This document shows positions 61,369 through 64,000 of a DNA stretch of 64,000 nt, one piece after another. Made by a program: the position numbers and the translations under genes. The notes beneath the pieces are model-generated. The model did not search any database and was not told the origin of the DNA. It saw only the letters and a program-made list of their open reading frames with translations. Numbering within the stretch: the first letter of the stretch is position 1; each line of letters begins with the position of its first letter. Source of the stretch: Candidatus Poribacteria bacterium (GTDB lineage Bacteria; Poribacteria; WGA-4E; WGA-3G); assembly GCA_965205025.1 (NCBI GenBank), contig CBDBFU010000028.1, positions 32,001 to 96,000 on the forward strand, written 5' to 3'.

Positions 61369-63267
61369 ATGTATAGACATCTCTTAGCATTAACTATATT
61401 CCTGATTTCCCTCTTCCTTTATATACAGAACATCTACGGACAACAAGAAAATCCAGATTTTTTGTTGCCATCAAATGCTGTAAAACGCATAGGAAAAGGA
61501 TTCCTATATGACCTTGAATACTCACCTGACAGATCAAAACTTGCTGTTGCGACTACTTTAGGTATTTGGATTTATGATACTACTAATGGAAATGCACTGA
61601 ATCTATTAACCGGTCATACTCAAGGTGTAACTTCAGTATGTTTCAATTCTGATGGAAGAATACTTGCAAGTAGCAGTTATGATGATACAATACGTTTATG
61701 GGATATGGAAACGGGGAAATTCATAAGAAAGTTTTCTGGTCACACCAGTAATGTCTATACAGTGGCATTTAGTCCTGATGATCGTACCATTGTAAGTGGT
61801 AGCAGGGATGAGATGATAGGATTTTGGGATGTCGAAACCGGTAATTTAGATAAGACTATAGCAGGGCATGTAAACGGAGTCTATGGGGTTAGATATTCTC
61901 CTAATGGAGAAATTCTGGCAAGTTATGGGGGTAATGAGAGGATTAATCTTTGGAATACAGAAACTGGGGAATTTATCAATACGCTGAATCCAAAATATCA
62001 TCCTACCTTAGTTGGAGCAACTGGAATTGAAGCAATAGTATTCTCTCCAGACAATACCACTCTTGTATCTGCAAATAGTAATGGAACAATTCGAGTATGG
62101 GACCTTAACAAGCTAAAAATAAATCGGACATTTGAAACAACTCAAAGTGAGGTATATGCAGTCAGATTCAGCCCTGATGGGAAAACACTGGCAATAAATG
62201 GTCCTCTCAATAATGAGAATACTATTCAAATTTGGGATATATCCACAGGAAATCAGATATCAGCTCTCAACGGACACACTGATATAGTTGCATCATTAAA
62301 ATTTTCACCTGATGGAAATTCCTTAGCGAGTTATAGTTATGATAATACCATACAATTTTGGAATGTTAAGACGGGAGCTCGAATACGAACTATTACAGGT
62401 CATAATAATGGAGTTATTCGCTCTGTCATGTATTCATCGGATGGAAAGACTGTAGCATCTTTTACTCATAGAGGAATTATGCAGGTATGGGATGCAACAA
62501 CATATAGTTTGATAAGTAATACAAAGGTGGAATTTCAGTCGTTTAGGTGTGCTGACTATTCACCGGATAGTCTGACATTTGCTTTTGGTCATAATAATGG
62601 AAAGATAAAAATAATCAATAGGATTTCAGGTGAAAATATACATACAATTAAGAATGCTCATTCAGGAGTTATAACATCTGTAGCATTTAGACAAGATACA
62701 AGAATACTTGCAAGTGGAAGTTATGACAAGATGGTGCGTTTATGGGATGTTTCTACTGGTAAACTTATAGATACATTAGCAGGTCATGAATATGCAGTCC
62801 TAACAGTACAATTTTCACCATCAGGAGATATATTGGTAAGTGGAAGTAGTGATGGAATCCTATATTATTGGGATGTTAATACCGGAGACCCTATACGAAC
62901 AATTGCTGCACACACAGATCGGATTGAAAACATCTCATTTTCAAAAACAGGAGATAAACTTGCTACTTCTTCTGATGATGATACTATTCGATTATGGGAT
63001 GTTTCTACAGGCAGCTTTCTGAGAACTATTACACCAAATAGGAACATCTATTCGGTGAAATTTTCTCCAGATGGAAAGACATTAGCAAGTTCACATCTAC
63101 GAGCAGTTTTTCTTTGGAATGTTTCTACAGGTGAATTCATAAATATGTCCACAGGACATAGTAGAGCTATTTATGGTTTGGCATTCTCTCCTGATGGAAA
63201 AACATTGATAAGTGGTAGTCATGATCATACGATGATTGTACGGAAAATGAATCCAGGAAACAATTGA
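61369..63267 (+). CDS. Secreted WD40-repeat protein
   Basis: Signal peptide, many GH...V.FSPDG..LAS.S.D.TI..WD repeats. Confidence 0.92.
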   Translation: MYRHLLALTIFLISLFLYIQNIYGQQENPDFLLPSNAVKRIGKGFLYDLEYSPDRSKLAVATTLGIWIYDTTNGNALNLLTGHTQGVTSVCFNSDGRILASSSYDDTIRLWDMETGKFIRKFSGHTSNVYTVAFSPDDRTIVSGSRDEMIGFWDVETGNLDKTIAGHVNGVYGVRYSPNGEILASYGGNERINLWNTETGEFINTLNPKYHPTLVGATGIEAIVFSPDNTTLVSANSNGTIRVWDLNKLKINRTFETTQSEVYAVRFSPDGKTLAINGPLNNENTIQIWDISTGNQISALNGHTDIVASLKFSPDGNSLASYSYDNTIQFWNVKTGARIRTITGHNNGVIRSVMYSSDGKTVASFTHRGIMQVWDATTYSLISNTKVEFQSFRCADYSPDSLTFAFGHNNGKIKIINRISGENIHTIKNAHSGVITSVAFRQDTRILASGSYDKMVRLWDVSTGKLIDTLAGHEYAVLTVQFSPSGDILVSGSSDGILYYWDVNTGDPIRTIAAHTDRIENISFSKTGDKLATSSDDDTIRLWDVSTGSFLRTITPNRNIYSVKFSPDGKTLASSHLRAVFLWNVSTGEFINMSTGHSRAIYGLAFSPDGKTLISGSHDHTMIVRKMNPGNN

Positions 63268-63332
63268 CTTTTCATATCAAAATGCATCCATGATTATGTT
63301 TATACTCTTTCAAAATAACAATACAATTATCT

Positions 63333-64000
63333 ATGAAATATCTTAATTACCTATATATTACAATCGTTCTCTTATGTTTAAATCTATCCATAAATGAGAC
63401 ACATAGTCAATTAGATCCCCAATTGAATCTTCCTGATGGGGCAATTGCACGGATCGGGACCGGACGTGTATATGATATGGAGTATTTCCCTGATGGGACA
63501 AAACTTGCAGTTGGTAGTAGTATTGGAATTTGGATATATGATGTAAAAACTGGTGTGCCTCTTGACTTACTTAGAGGTCATACCGGACCTATAAATACAA
63601 TTATGTTTAGTCCCGATAAAAATACAATTGCTTCTGCAAGTGATGATAACACCGTAAGGTTATGGGACGCATATACTGGAAAACAATCTGAAACTCTATT
63701 TCAACATCCTGATGATGTTAATACAGTTGCATTCAGCATTGATGGATCAAAACTCGCTACTGGTGGGGATGATAATAGGGTCAGACTATGGGATAGACAT
63801 ACAGGTGAACTAATTTCTATTCAAGAAGGACATACAAGAGATATAAGTACAGTGATCTTTTCTCCAGATGGGAAATCGCTTGTAAGTGAGGCAGCACATA
63901 GTGACACCTACATTCGGATTTGGGATGCAGCTACTGGTGAATTTCTATCTGCAATTTACGAAAATGCTTGGGTAGAAGCTATTGACATATCTCCTGGTGG
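63333..64000 (+). CDS. Secreted WD40-repeat protein (partial, runs off the window)
   Basis: ATG 63333: MKYLNYL...LPDGAIARIGTG.V.DMEYFPDGTKLAVGSSIGIWIYD, followed by WD repeats. Confidence 0.88.
   Translation, partial: MKYLNYLYITIVLLCLNLSINETHSQLDPQLNLPDGAIARIGTGRVYDMEYFPDGTKLAVGSSIGIWIYDVKTGVPLDLLRGHTGPINTIMFSPDKNTIASASDDNTVRLWDAYTGKQSETLFQHPDDVNTVAFSIDGSKLATGGDDNRVRLWDRHTGELISIQEGHTRDISTVIFSPDGKSLVSEAAHSDTYIRIWDAATGEFLSAIYENAWVEAIDISPG

Overview
AT-rich, diderm bacterial chromosome segment. The gene content resembles Candidatus Poribacteria (inference): WD40 and parallel beta-helix proteins with a C-terminal GKL..KWG.LK motif, PhyH, and dense palindromic intergenic repeats. 1-23 kb is an accessory region with almost all genes on the minus strand. 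There, a general amino-acid ABC operon (aapJ // aapQMP) is split by a ~12.8-kb type I restriction-modification/defence island (hsdM, hsdS, hsdR, TA pairs, ATPase-PIN, aspartyl protease pair). 23-64 kb is mostly plus-strand housekeeping: lnt, prfB with programmed frameshift, lysS, lolC/E-lolD, ilvE, bamA-skp-lpxD and others. The most striking unexplained structure has three parts. (1) A second, inverted hsdS with different TRDs lies on a 2,036-bp segment bounded by an exact 20-bp direct repeat. (2) That segment abuts one of two long copies of a ~570-bp non-coding element; the other long copy lies upstream of the island hsdS. (3) The core of this element (31-bp inverted repeat + 20 bp + 35-bp double palindrome) occurs three times with invariant spacing. 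Intergenic DNA also contains several families of nested REP/MITE-like palindromes, one of which is inserted into the loop of another. No rRNA, tRNA, CRISPR-cas, transposase or recombinase gene was recognised. Several +1 frameshifts in the first 15 kb may be sequencing errors.
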